A stretch of DNA of 57,172 nt, counting the filler, from Diploschistes diacapsis (Eukaryota): NCBI GenBank assembly GCA_023645945.1. It is 6 parts of 6 records of this genome, joined end to end, with 100 filler letters (N's around TTAATTAATTAA, not from the genome) between each part and the next. Parts side by side here need not be neighbours in the genome. Positions count along the whole stretch, not along the records: positions 19,132 to 28,582 come from JALAIB010001038.1; positions 28,683 to 38,122 come from JALAIB010001039.1; 4 more parts are not named here. One strand, 5' to 3'. How positions within the stretch are numbered: the first letter of the stretch is position 1; each line of letters starts with the position of its first letter. Of the stretch, positions 24,538-34,418 are shown in pieces. The position numbers and the translations under genes were made by a program. The notes under the pieces are model-generated. The model was not told the origin of the DNA and did no database searches. It saw only the letters and a program-made list of their open reading frames with translations.

Positions 24538-25087
24538 TGTAGTCTGTCTTGAACTCGATTAACCTTGAACGAAGTCTATATCATCTGTCGAACCTCCTAA
24601 GTGAGTGTAGGCACAATGGCGCGGGACGAAATAGGACGAAACCCAGCAGAGCTTTTGATGGCTGGGATCAGTATCGCTTATTCATATATAACGTGAGGAG
24701 GCCCAAGGACGGGAGCTTTTTTTTGATTGACGCGCCGCGTCAGTCAAAGCACTACCCCATTACGTCGTATTTTCTGGAATTTTTTCCTATCTACGTTGGT
24801 AAAGCTTTCTATAGCTAGATGAACTGACTACACTAAATTGCATAGCTCCCTTGTCGTATATGTTTCTAACTGTGAAGTTTTCTGAGCCTTTGGGCTAATA
24901 GTCAAGTTCGTAAGGCAATATCCAGACTCAGCCTTCCCTTGCTTGTGGCTTTTGACACTGCCACAGTACATGCTGTTGCTTGACCAAATGGACTGATGAC
25001 TTCGACTCTATATAGTCCAAAGGCCACTATTTCACTTCCTCGTTGCCGCTCAAAGTACATCATACTCACATTACGCAACATCCAAAT

Positions 25088-27880
25088 ATGGTCAGTAGAA
25101 AGCCAGTGTCAACCCAAGCAGTGGGTAATAACCAGCTGCCGTACCCAATGACGCCATCTTCCTCCAGAAACCAGCCAAATTCCTTTGATGGTGATGAAAG
25201 AGCCGAGGAAAACCCATGGAGGATCGACCATGCTTTAAATCGAGGATTATCACCGTCTCCCAAGCATACTAATGTTATTCCGAGTATGTTAGATATGAAC
25301 GAGGACTGGGTAGACGCTGGTGCGGAAAGCAAGAGTAGCGATGGTAAAGATACGCTACCAGCACCCCTGAGGATCAACAAGCAAACAAGCAGAGAGTCTG
25401 TTGCTAAAGTGCCAGACATTGCACAATCCATAAAGTATGAATCACACGAACTTACCCCCAAAAGCTCCTGGGAAAGTGATGGGTCTTTCGGCGATGTTGG
25501 CGTCCACCCAAAGAACCCGGCCAGCTCACCGCCAACTCTACAAGTACCAAACCTCCACAGGCAACTACAGTTTCAAAAACAACGACCACAACCTCCTACA
25601 AACCCTTTCTATCACGCATCCGGTGCTGAACGTGGCCCTCCAACACAGACCGGACAAAAGGACGAGAACAGCTCAGACATCTGGGCTGAACTGGCAGAGA
25701 ACCCCACTCCTTCTACTTACAAGCTGTCCTCTCTCGACCAGCAATTCGGTAAACTCAGGGTTGAGGAGGGGCCAGGCTCTTCAATACCTTCAGCGAGCGA
25801 AGCGCAAGGGTTCATGTCGATCCATAGAGACTCTCCTCTTATCAGCTTCGACCAAGGCAAAGATTACCGGAAAGAACTTGAACATTCCCCATTCGCATCT
25901 GCTGACGATCAAGACCCATGGCAGGCAGAGGCAAGAGAAGTTGTACCTTTCGAGCCATCAACTAACGGGAAAGGCAACGGAGTTGCAATGCCGTTAAAGG
26001 AAGAAGCGACCCCATTTCAGGATTCTGAGACTTCAGTACTTCCTCGTCAAGCACCGATGCCGCCTATTCTGGAGAGAAAGATATGTGTCTCTCCAGAGGT
26101 GGCTAATCGGCAAAGAAGTGAAACATATCAGATCAAACACATTCGATGGCTAGATCACGCTTCGGGAGAAGTGAGAAAATCTCCCATCCTTGTCCAAAGG
26201 AAGAACGGTCCGTGCCCTCTGATGGCGCTTGTTAACGCTCTTACGCTTTCAACGCCACTGAACAGAAATACTGCATTGGTAGATACGCTGCGCGTACGCG
26301 AACAGGTTAGCTTGGGCTTATTGCTCGATGCAGTTTTCGATGAGCTTATGTCAGAACGTAGAGAAGACGCACCCCAGGAGCTCCCCGATGTGGAAGAGCT
26401 AAACGCGTTCTTGATTCAACTACATACAGGCATGAACGTCAATCCGCGGTTCATACCAGCAAAGAGGAGGGAGCATAGCGTGATTGACGGACAGGAAGAA
26501 GAAATACCTCTATCAATCCGTGACCGTAGAAAGCCCGGAACCTTTGAGCGCACGAAGGACATTTTCCTCTACGGTACCTTCTCGATACCCCTGGTGCACG
26601 GTTGGATACCTCCACCATCTCATCCTGTATTCGAAGCTTTAGAGCGGTCGGCACAAAATTATGAAGATGCTCAAAATCTCTTATTCCAGGAAGAAGAGTT
26701 AGAAGATAAGCTGCAAAGAAACGGACTAGGCCAGGACGAGCAGGTGGTGCTGGAAGACATAGCGAGCATCAAGTACTTTCTTGATTCATCCGCTACGCAA
26801 CTCACGGCATACGGCTTGGACACAATACGCGAGGCTCTCGCGCCAGGCGATATAGTGATTTTGTTCAGGAACAACCACTTCGGTACTCTTTACAAGCATC
26901 CTGAAACAGGAGAGCTGATGCATCTCGTGACCGATGAAGGCTATGCTAGTCATGAGGAGATTGTTTGGGAGTCATTGATAGACATCAATGGCGAAGGAGC
27001 CGAATTCTTTTCCGGTGATTTCCGCCCTGTTGGCAACAACACTGATGGAGGCTCTTCGCAGCAGCAGCCATTCGAAACGGAGGGCCAAGGCAATTTGGGC
27101 TGGATGACAGTCAATCGAACGAGGCAGGCCAAGGCTCCCTCAAGTCAAGCACCTTCACACCCATCCCAAAACCAGTTTTTACCACCGCCAGCCAAAGACG
27201 AGGCTGAATATAATCTCCCACCCGCTAGTAACCCCGAGCAAGAAGATGCCGACTACGCCATGGCATTACAACTCGAAGAGGACCAAGCACGCGAATCCCA
27301 TCAGGCGGCCGTTAGCCGCCAGCGCGAGCAAGAGCTCACAAGAGCTTATCTCCAGTCTCAGAATTTGCCGACGACCCATCTCAACAACCCCTCCGCATTA
27401 TCCTCTCCCACATCTCCACGACCAGGCCGCAACTCCCCCGCTCCAACGCAGATTGTCCGCCCTCTCCTCCCTCCCCGCCGTGACAACGTTACCCGAAGTA
27501 ACCCTAGACCTCCTGTCCACCGCGAAACAAACGAAGGCGACGATGACGCACCACCAAGCTACGAGGATGCCTCGAAATCTGAGCCATACAATCCGTCCAC
27601 TGGACGGCCAGGGAGGATGCTGTATGGTAATTCGCCCGCTCAGCAACGGTCTCCGAGCGGGCAGAACCAGTCGTATAGCAGGCAGAGAGGTCAAAGCCCG
27701 TATACTGCGAGCAGTGCGATTACGCCGCAGCAGATAAACATAGGGCAAAGAAGGAGAAGTGGAGCGCCTAGGCCAAGTAGTATGCAGGATCCGTCTGTGC
27801 AGGGAATTTCGAGGAGAAGGAGTGCGGGGTTGACCGGATCGGGAGAGGAGAGGAGGGACAAGGATTGTGTTGTTATGTGA
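25088..27880 (+). CDS. MINDY-family deubiquitinase with C-terminal CaaX box
   Basis: YQIKHIRW, QRKNGPCPLMALVNAL (catalytic Cys), FRNNHFGT (His), LVTDEGY, WESL; MIU-like DADYAMALQL; ends CVVM*. Confidence 0.93.
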   Translation: MVSRKPVSTQAVGNNQLPYPMTPSSSRNQPNSFDGDERAEENPWRIDHALNRGLSPSPKHTNVIPSMLDMNEDWVDAGAESKSSDGKDTLPAPLRINKQTSRESVAKVPDIAQSIKYESHELTPKSSWESDGSFGDVGVHPKNPASSPPTLQVPNLHRQLQFQKQRPQPPTNPFYHASGAERGPPTQTGQKDENSSDIWAELAENPTPSTYKLSSLDQQFGKLRVEEGPGSSIPSASEAQGFMSIHRDSPLISFDQGKDYRKELEHSPFASADDQDPWQAEAREVVPFEPSTNGKGNGVAMPLKEEATPFQDSETSVLPRQAPMPPILERKICVSPEVANRQRSETYQIKHIRWLDHASGEVRKSPILVQRKNGPCPLMALVNALTLSTPLNRNTALVDTLRVREQVSLGLLLDAVFDELMSERREDAPQELPDVEELNAFLIQLHTGMNVNPRFIPAKRREHSVIDGQEEEIPLSIRDRRKPGTFERTKDIFLYGTFSIPLVHGWIPPPSHPVFEALERSAQNYEDAQNLLFQEEELEDKLQRNGLGQDEQVVLEDIASIKYFLDSSATQLTAYGLDTIREALAPGDIVILFRNNHFGTLYKHPETGELMHLVTDEGYASHEEIVWESLIDINGEGAEFFSGDFRPVGNNTDGGSSQQQPFETEGQGNLGWMTVNRTRQAKAPSSQAPSHPSQNQFLPPPAKDEAEYNLPPASNPEQEDADYAMALQLEEDQARESHQAAVSRQREQELTRAYLQSQNLPTTHLNNPSALSSPTSPRPGRNSPAPTQIVRPLLPPRRDNVTRSNPRPPVHRETNEGDDDAPPSYEDASKSEPYNPSTGRPGRMLYGNSPAQQRSPSGQNQSYSRQRGQSPYTASSAITPQQINIGQRRRSGAPRPSSMQDPSVQGISRRRSAGLTGSGEERRDKDCVVM

Positions 27881-28582
27881 GAGATGCTCTAAGTATGCTG
27901 AGGGTATGGGCTTGGACAGTGTGCATTTTTAGCGATGGTGTTCTGGCATGGTTTGCGTCGGAGCTTGGGGGCTTTAGGTGTCTATTTATCTGTTTGTTTA
28001 TTTGTTTACGTTAGTTAACGAAGAACATGATGGTGGTAGCTTAATTTGCGTAAGTTTGGATGCATTCAGGTCATGCTTCGTTATTAGTTACAAGCTTTAA
28101 CTTTGAAGTCGCGAATGGGAAAGGGGCAACAAGGGCATTGGTCCGGAAAAAGCGTAAAGTCAAGTGGACATGGATGAATGAATCACTGAAACCGGCAGAA
28201 AGGGAGGCGTGGGCTGAACTAACATCTGCTCGAGATCTCTCGACGTGGCTAGCAGTTCTCCCGGGGAATATAGGATGCTTGCAGAGTATATGATAACAGA
28301 GCAGAAATACAATACATATAGCTCATATCCCATGTTTGTCCTATTCAACGCTTTGACAGTATCCCAATGCCTTCCCTACGCGATGCTATTATCCACCTAA
28401 ACAACATCTATCAAGCATCATCCAAGATACACAGACCATGTAAAACATAAGCACTCCTCACTATATACAATTCCCACCTCCTCATCCCTATCCCTCGGCA
28501 CAACACATCAAATCCCCTTCTTCCCCTTCTCCCTATTCTTCCGTATCTTCTCCTGCCTACTAATCCACCCCTCGGCCCCCAC

Positions 28583-28682
28583 NNNNNNNNNNNNNNNNNN
28601 NNNNNNNNNNNNNNNNNNNNNNNNNNTTAATTAATTAANNNNNNNNNNNNNNNNNNNNNNNNNNNNNNNNNNNNNNNNNNNN
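28583..28682. other. Artificial contig spacer
   Basis: 44N-TTAATTAATTAA-44N. Confidence 0.98.
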
Positions 28683-28707
28683 GGAGAATAGGAAGGGCTG
28701 CGTTTAC

Positions 28708-28901
28708 TGGAGGACGTCCTTGGGCTGGCCATGCCGGCTGTAGATGAGGGCTTTGGCTTGGGTGTAGCCGTAGAGTGTGCGGCGGCTGACTGTAGAGCGG
28801 AGAAGGAGGCGGGGGGGGAACCAGGGAGTCGGGCGGCGCAGGCAGGTGGCGGCGATGGTGCAGGTGCCGACGGAGGCTGCGGGTGGGAGCAGCCGGCTCA
28901 T
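28708..28901 (-). CDS. ETR1: First exon of mitochondrial enoyl-ACP (trans-2-enoyl-CoA) reductase, truncated by contig end
   Basis: R/S-rich presequence then YGYTQAKALIYSRHGQPKDVL and a GTAAAC donor. Confidence 0.7.
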
Positions 28902-30068
28902 TTTAGGGTCGAGACGAGTTGGAGGAGGGGCATTGGAGCAGGCGTCGAAAGTAGCAGAACCTTGTTTGCGCTCGCCCAAGTCCCGATAATGAAAATTTTG
29001 GCGCGATAGAACCCTTCATACAAACTTTGTAGGGCTGACAATTAATAGATCCTAAGTTTTTTTGTTTCTTCAGCAGCGCATAACGAGCCCTCTACAGCAT
29101 GACTGTGTAAAGGTTCTGGGGCCTTCAGTAATAATTCGCATTTGTTCTAAATTAACTCTCTTCGATTAACGTGGACGACTCGCAATCGAGTACACTAAAT
29201 AGGGTCAACCCTCCCTCTCTGATCCTTACACCATTTGCTCCGGTATTGCCGGTGCAGAGCAAAAGAACCCCCAAGATATTCACCTCTTCGGCAATCCATC
29301 GTCTACCGTCATCGTCCATTTCCGCTCACTGCTTGGCAAGACTCTTCCTCCGCCTGCGTGCCATAAGCAGCATTTCTAACAATCGACCGTCCTCAGGGCA
29401 CTTCCCGTACCTTTGGCGGGATCTCCAATATGTCGTTGTCAACTGTCTACATGGAGAATCAGCGGGAGCATCCGTTCCCCGAGGCGCTGCGCACATCTAT
29501 ATGAAAGTTTCCAGCTCCGAAAAGCGGTATAAGTAGTGCGCGCAGTAACGAGAGATTGATATACTTCGGTTTCGAGGCGCTGCTCGATCATCGTAGATTG
29601 GGGTGGGCTGTGTCCCAATCTGTGGAGAACTGCCGAGCCGATCCTGACTGAAGAGAATTAAAAGCTGTTGCATACGGAAAGCTGCTCCACCACATTCTCC
29701 AAATAGATAAGAATATCCCCGCACCAGGCGCGAAAAGCCTGGAGAGGCGAAAGGCTAATTCAAATGTCGTAGGATCAAACGCAGCCCCGCATGTTATCTG
29801 TACAACGTAAAAGCCACTGTTGCATGGCCAAATTCTTCAAGCTTCGACTTTGCACCGGACAAAAAACGATGTTCTTTAGTTGAGTGTGGTTGTGGATCTC
29901 TATATCAGACAGTCAATAAGTCGAATATATTGCAAGATACGCTAGAGAGAGTCTACCTTGGTCGAATAGTGACTCGAGCCAAGGTAAATAATTTAGAACC
30001 GCCCGTGCATTTCATGCGACATTCAAAGCCATCAAGTGTCATCTATTCAAGGAACCAGAACGTCTTGA

Positions 30069-30533
30069 TCAGTAATCCACATTATCGGCACAGTGCCCGC
30101 ACCAGCCGCAATCCTTGTCACAAAGACCGTAATTGTCACCACCACCCGAGTATAAATCGTCGTAATTGGAAGCAGCGTACGAGGGACCATAGCTCCGGGC
30201 TTTCGCTGGCGGTAGGTAGCTCCGGGCTTTCACTGGCGGTAGGCCAAGCGTATGCGACTCCTTGTGCTGCCGAAGTGCACCTTCGGACCCAAAGGCTTTC
30301 TGGCAGAGCGGGCAGACGTGTTCCCTTTTATGCCTGGGACTTTTCTTCTTCTTGGTGCGAGCAGGTGGCGTAGGACTGGCGGCCTGCGAGCTGCTGATCT
30401 GAGGCTCTGCGGCAGGAGGTTCTATAGAGTGAGGGTTGTGCACTGTTTGTACGTGCTGGTTCAAACTCGGCGTGGTCTTGAAGAGCTTCTGGCAGGATCC
30501 GCACGGGATCGTCTTTTTCTCCTTCTCCATCAT
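30069..30533 (-). CDS. Small protein with two C2H2 zinc fingers and a C-terminal CDKDCGWCGHC motif
   Basis: CGSCQKLF...LNQHVQTVH and CPLCQKAF...LRQHKESH; 27-nt tandem duplication encoding LPP(V/A)KARSY twice. Confidence 0.8.
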   Translation of the reverse strand: MMEKEKKTIPCGSCQKLFKTTPSLNQHVQTVHNPHSIEPPAAEPQISSSQAASPTPPARTKKKKSPRHKREHVCPLCQKAFGSEGALRQHKESHTLGLPPVKARSYLPPAKARSYGPSYAASNYDDLYSGGGDNYGLCDKDCGWCGHCADNVDY

Positions 30534-32174
30534 GAAAACTTCTTGCCCGGCAAAGTAGGCAAAAGATTTGCAGGCGGCGAAACCGGCGAAGGGTGCAACA
30601 GAAAATGCGAAAATTAGCCAAATAAACGAAAATGTTTGGCAACGTGGGAACGATATATTGAAGTCTAAGAGTATAAGTGGGAGCAATACTCTACCAGGCA
30701 GGCTTTTAAACGTGTGCGGGCAACATTAGCCCTACAATATCATGTGTTTGCCGACAAATCATGTCGTTCCTAGTAAAAACTAATCGAAAATAGAATCCAT
30801 GCACAATCCAAGCACTATTGCTCGGTGTCCCAATATATCAGAAAACAGTCTAGAAGAAGGGTGGAATCGGGGCAAAATTTCTGTCATCTTAGCACCAGAG
30901 CTTCAAGCCCTCCTTCTTACTTGTTGCTTGTGGCAAGCTCACTGCCGTAGCACATCTTATTACTTTTTGAACACCAAACACCTCTTCCACCACTCTAGGC
31001 CCACGCAAAAGCTCGAGAGATGCTTTAGATTTATTCATAAAACATCCTGGAAGTTCTGGAGGACGCTTCAGATAACTTAAGGCTATTTTTACTTGGTCTG
31101 AAGTATCCCTCGAGCTCTGGAATGTGCCCAAAGTGGTGGAAGAAGTTGTCTGGTGTACACATTGTTCTTGATATCGTCTGCCAAGGTTCCTGACTATAGG
31201 AAGTCAAAGCCTGGACTAAGAAGTATCCAATCACGCCCTCAAGGGGTTCGCAAATCGGGAGCCACATCAGTCTGACAAAAGAAGAAAGGTATCCAATCTC
31301 TGGTGGCGCGTGGTGAGCATCAATAGCCAGCATTGATAGGCGCCATTTGGTAGACCACAGCTTGGAACGGATTCATGGTGCGGAAATGCCTGAGGATTGT
31401 CCATTTCGCATTGAACATAGTACGCCTTGGAGCCATTTCTGCAAGCCGCCATGGTGTTATACAGGATAGCATGAATTGACGATCGGAAAATATCAGATCT
31501 TTCTCTCTTCTTGCGAAGGATAGCGAAGGGAATGGCGATGAGAAGCATCTTCATGGCGTTGGGTAACGCTTTCATATTTGGAGTATCGGTCGAAATTGCA
31601 AGACTGGCGACCGACAACCAGAAGCTTTCATACAATCGCGCGAGCCTACATGCTCGTAAAGCGGTGGTTAGCCTTGCAGCTCGTCGCAACAGACTGTCTA
31701 GCGCAACAAGGAAAGTCTTTGCATCTTTTGGAGCTGATGTAGACTTTTGGCGTGATGGACACAGTGTAGTTATGCGGTAAACCCTGTTGCTTGTCGTCAT
31801 GCGCTCCTGCATATTCATCCATCTTAATTTCTATTCATTATTATCTTCTTAGAGTTATCAGGTTGAATCATTGTGGGCAAAAGCTAAGGCAGAAAGCTGA
31901 ACATTAGCTTAAGAAGGACAAGGCTTAATCGGGACGCTGCATGAACAAAGGTTAGTCGAATTCCTTATCATTGAGTGTTTGCGTGAGATGATAGAGTGCA
32001 GTTGTTAGTAGTCCTTCCCATAGTTCTCCATGTCTTCCTGGCTCTGCCTTATTCCCTTTATATAAGATTGGTGGTTATGGCCAGCAGAAGCTCTTCCTAA
32101 ACAACTCTGCTCCATCTCTTCAGAGAACATCATCGGCCTTTTCAATCTCCTGTGCCATACAATCGATTCATCCT

Positions 32175-33082
32175 ATGGCAAGCACACAACTTCTTAGGTC
32201 ACAGGAGGTCCCAACAATGATCAAGTTAAGGGTCGGCGACTACTGCTTTCGAACCACCAAAAGCACGCTCATAGATGCTCGTTACTTCGAACCCTTTTTC
32301 GGAGGACCTATGAGGACCGAACCAGATGAGGAAGTGGTGTACTTCGTTGATGCAGATGGTGATCAGTTTGAACACAGTAAGTAACCCGTGGTGAGAAGGA
32401 CGATAGCATTGGGTTCTCGATTATCCGGAGCCCTGCAAGCTTCTAGAGGCTGAGAAAGTTTGATCAGACCTCTACAATTTTGATAAGCGAAGCTCTCATC
32501 TCAGAGTCTCCCTTTGCAGATTCACTGCAATGAAACCCACTAAGAAGCACGAAGCTCTCCTGGGTAATTGAGAATCCAATATTCTTCATGGTTCTTATAC
32601 ACCTGGAGCTCTCTCTAGACACCCTAGAGTTCCACGACGCTAACGCAGGCACAAAACAGTATTGACTTACTTGCGCCACCGAAAGTTTCCCTTTTTTTTG
32701 GTCCAAGGAAGTTGGCTTCGACTTTGGGAGATATGCTCGCCTCGCCGCACAGGCTGATTACTTCGGCGTCGATCGATTGAAAAAGTGGATCTCGGACCGA
32801 AAGTATGAGGCGGTCGTCTCCTCCAAGAAGTCCATCACAGCGGATACCTTGCTTGACCCCACTCCTGGTGACCGCTTCGACATACGGCCGGACGAAAAGC
32901 TTGTTCGCACTCATTGGAGTGTTGAAAAGCATTTTGTATGCGCAGAATGTCGCACTCCTGATGAAGAGCACGAGCCAGCGTTCCTGGGGGGGCCGGTTAT
33001 GAGGCTTGCACTGGAGAGGGAGCAGCTATCTTTCGAAATGGCTGGGCTCACGGACGACAACGAGGCATCCCCATCTTTCTGA
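32175..33082 (+). pseudogene. BTB/POZ (KCTD-like) gene with a 1-nt frameshift in a T8 run
   Basis: Exon 32175-32376 (IKLRVGDYCFRTTKSTL...YFVDADGDQFEH), intron 32377-32659, then ILTYLRHRKFPF. The continuation WSKEVGFDFGRYARL...ADYFGVDRLKKWI lies in the +1 frame after T8 (32692-32699). Confidence 0.75.
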
Positions 33083-34418
33083 GAGGGCGATAGGGTTCGG
33101 TGTCCGATCGACGGAGGGCTCCCATAATAACTCAAAGCGCTCAATGCTAGAGGCACGGAGCACTCTCGGGTGGTGGGAACAAAAGTACGGTTGTCTTTGA
33201 ACAACATTGAAAACTATTGATACAAGCACAAAGCGCCAGTTCACTATTGTTTTGTTTCTAGCATTGACATTGGTAGCATGCAAGCGAACTCGGTGGTAAA
33301 GTGAGATATTGTGTTTAAGAGTCCCATTTGAGTGCATTTTCATATATTGCATACTTCCTGGAATGCCAGTCTTACTACTACACCCACCCCCCAGCATCGT
33401 CATCTGTCAGCATGCGCTTATAGTCCTGTTGCTGTACTCCTAGCGTGCTGGTTGTGCTTTTGCTCTGGTGAGTACAACTGTAACGGCAAGAGCACTTCGC
33501 CCTTGTCTGTTGTCCACTTGAAGGCCGCGCGAATACTTGCCTACATCGAGGGCCTTTCTCGTGACCCTCACGAAGTTGAGCGGATGTTCCCATGCTGGAT
33601 TGCATAACCCAGTTACTCTTCAAGCCTCGATCAGTTGTCAAGCGAGCCAAAAAAAAACTGATATAACCAGTCATGGATGTCCTAACTCCTGGACCGCCAC
33701 CCCGTTGCAGGACCCGCCACTTACAATAGCTTTGTTTACCTCCTCGCATTTCCTTCGTCTTGAAAAGAGTCCTGCGCTGAAGCCCACGATGTGCTCACAT
33801 TGCGCACTTCACTTTTCCTAAGGTCCAGCCATTACCAGAACAGGGCGCTGTCGGCTCCTTCTAGCTATAGAGGGCTTTATCTTCCCTTGGCCTCCTTGGC
33901 AGCTCGATTGGTGCATCGCTGTTTTGAAGGCGGAAGACCGTAGCATTCGTCGGGGCGCATCGCTGCATCATTTCGATCTTAGGACATTTCCTTCGGTCTT
34001 GTTTGCGACAAGGAAAAGGGGTCGCGCTGCATAGTAAAACCTCAAAGAAAACAAAGGTTACGGTAAGAAGAGGTCTAATGATCCACAAGTGTGGCCTTGA
34101 TATAGCCAAATCTTGCCTCGAGAATCAGCCTACAACCAACTGATGATGATGAGGAATATTGTACGGACCGAACACCCTCGAGGGCCAAATATATCCGACA
34201 GGGAAATTACATTCTTCCCACGCCGTTTGTGGCATGGCATAAGTTTGAGCATCTAGGTCAGATAATTAAGCCTTCTAGCCCCATGCCCTTCCTGCAACTT
34301 TGTTCGGCGAGATTTGTGGGGCAGGACTAGGACGATTTCCTATGCCAATGGGGCAGTCGTTGACTTGCACCACCCGGCAGTTCCACTGAGCTATACAACC
34401 CTATCATGTGCAAACCTT

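Noticed and set aside
27866..27880. CaaX box on the deubiquitinase as a novelty
   Set aside because: A C-terminal CaaX is a known feature of MINDY-1/2-type enzymes.
30889..31818. Staggered minus-strand ORFs that may be a decayed gene
   Set aside because: No recognisable motif or consistent splice model.
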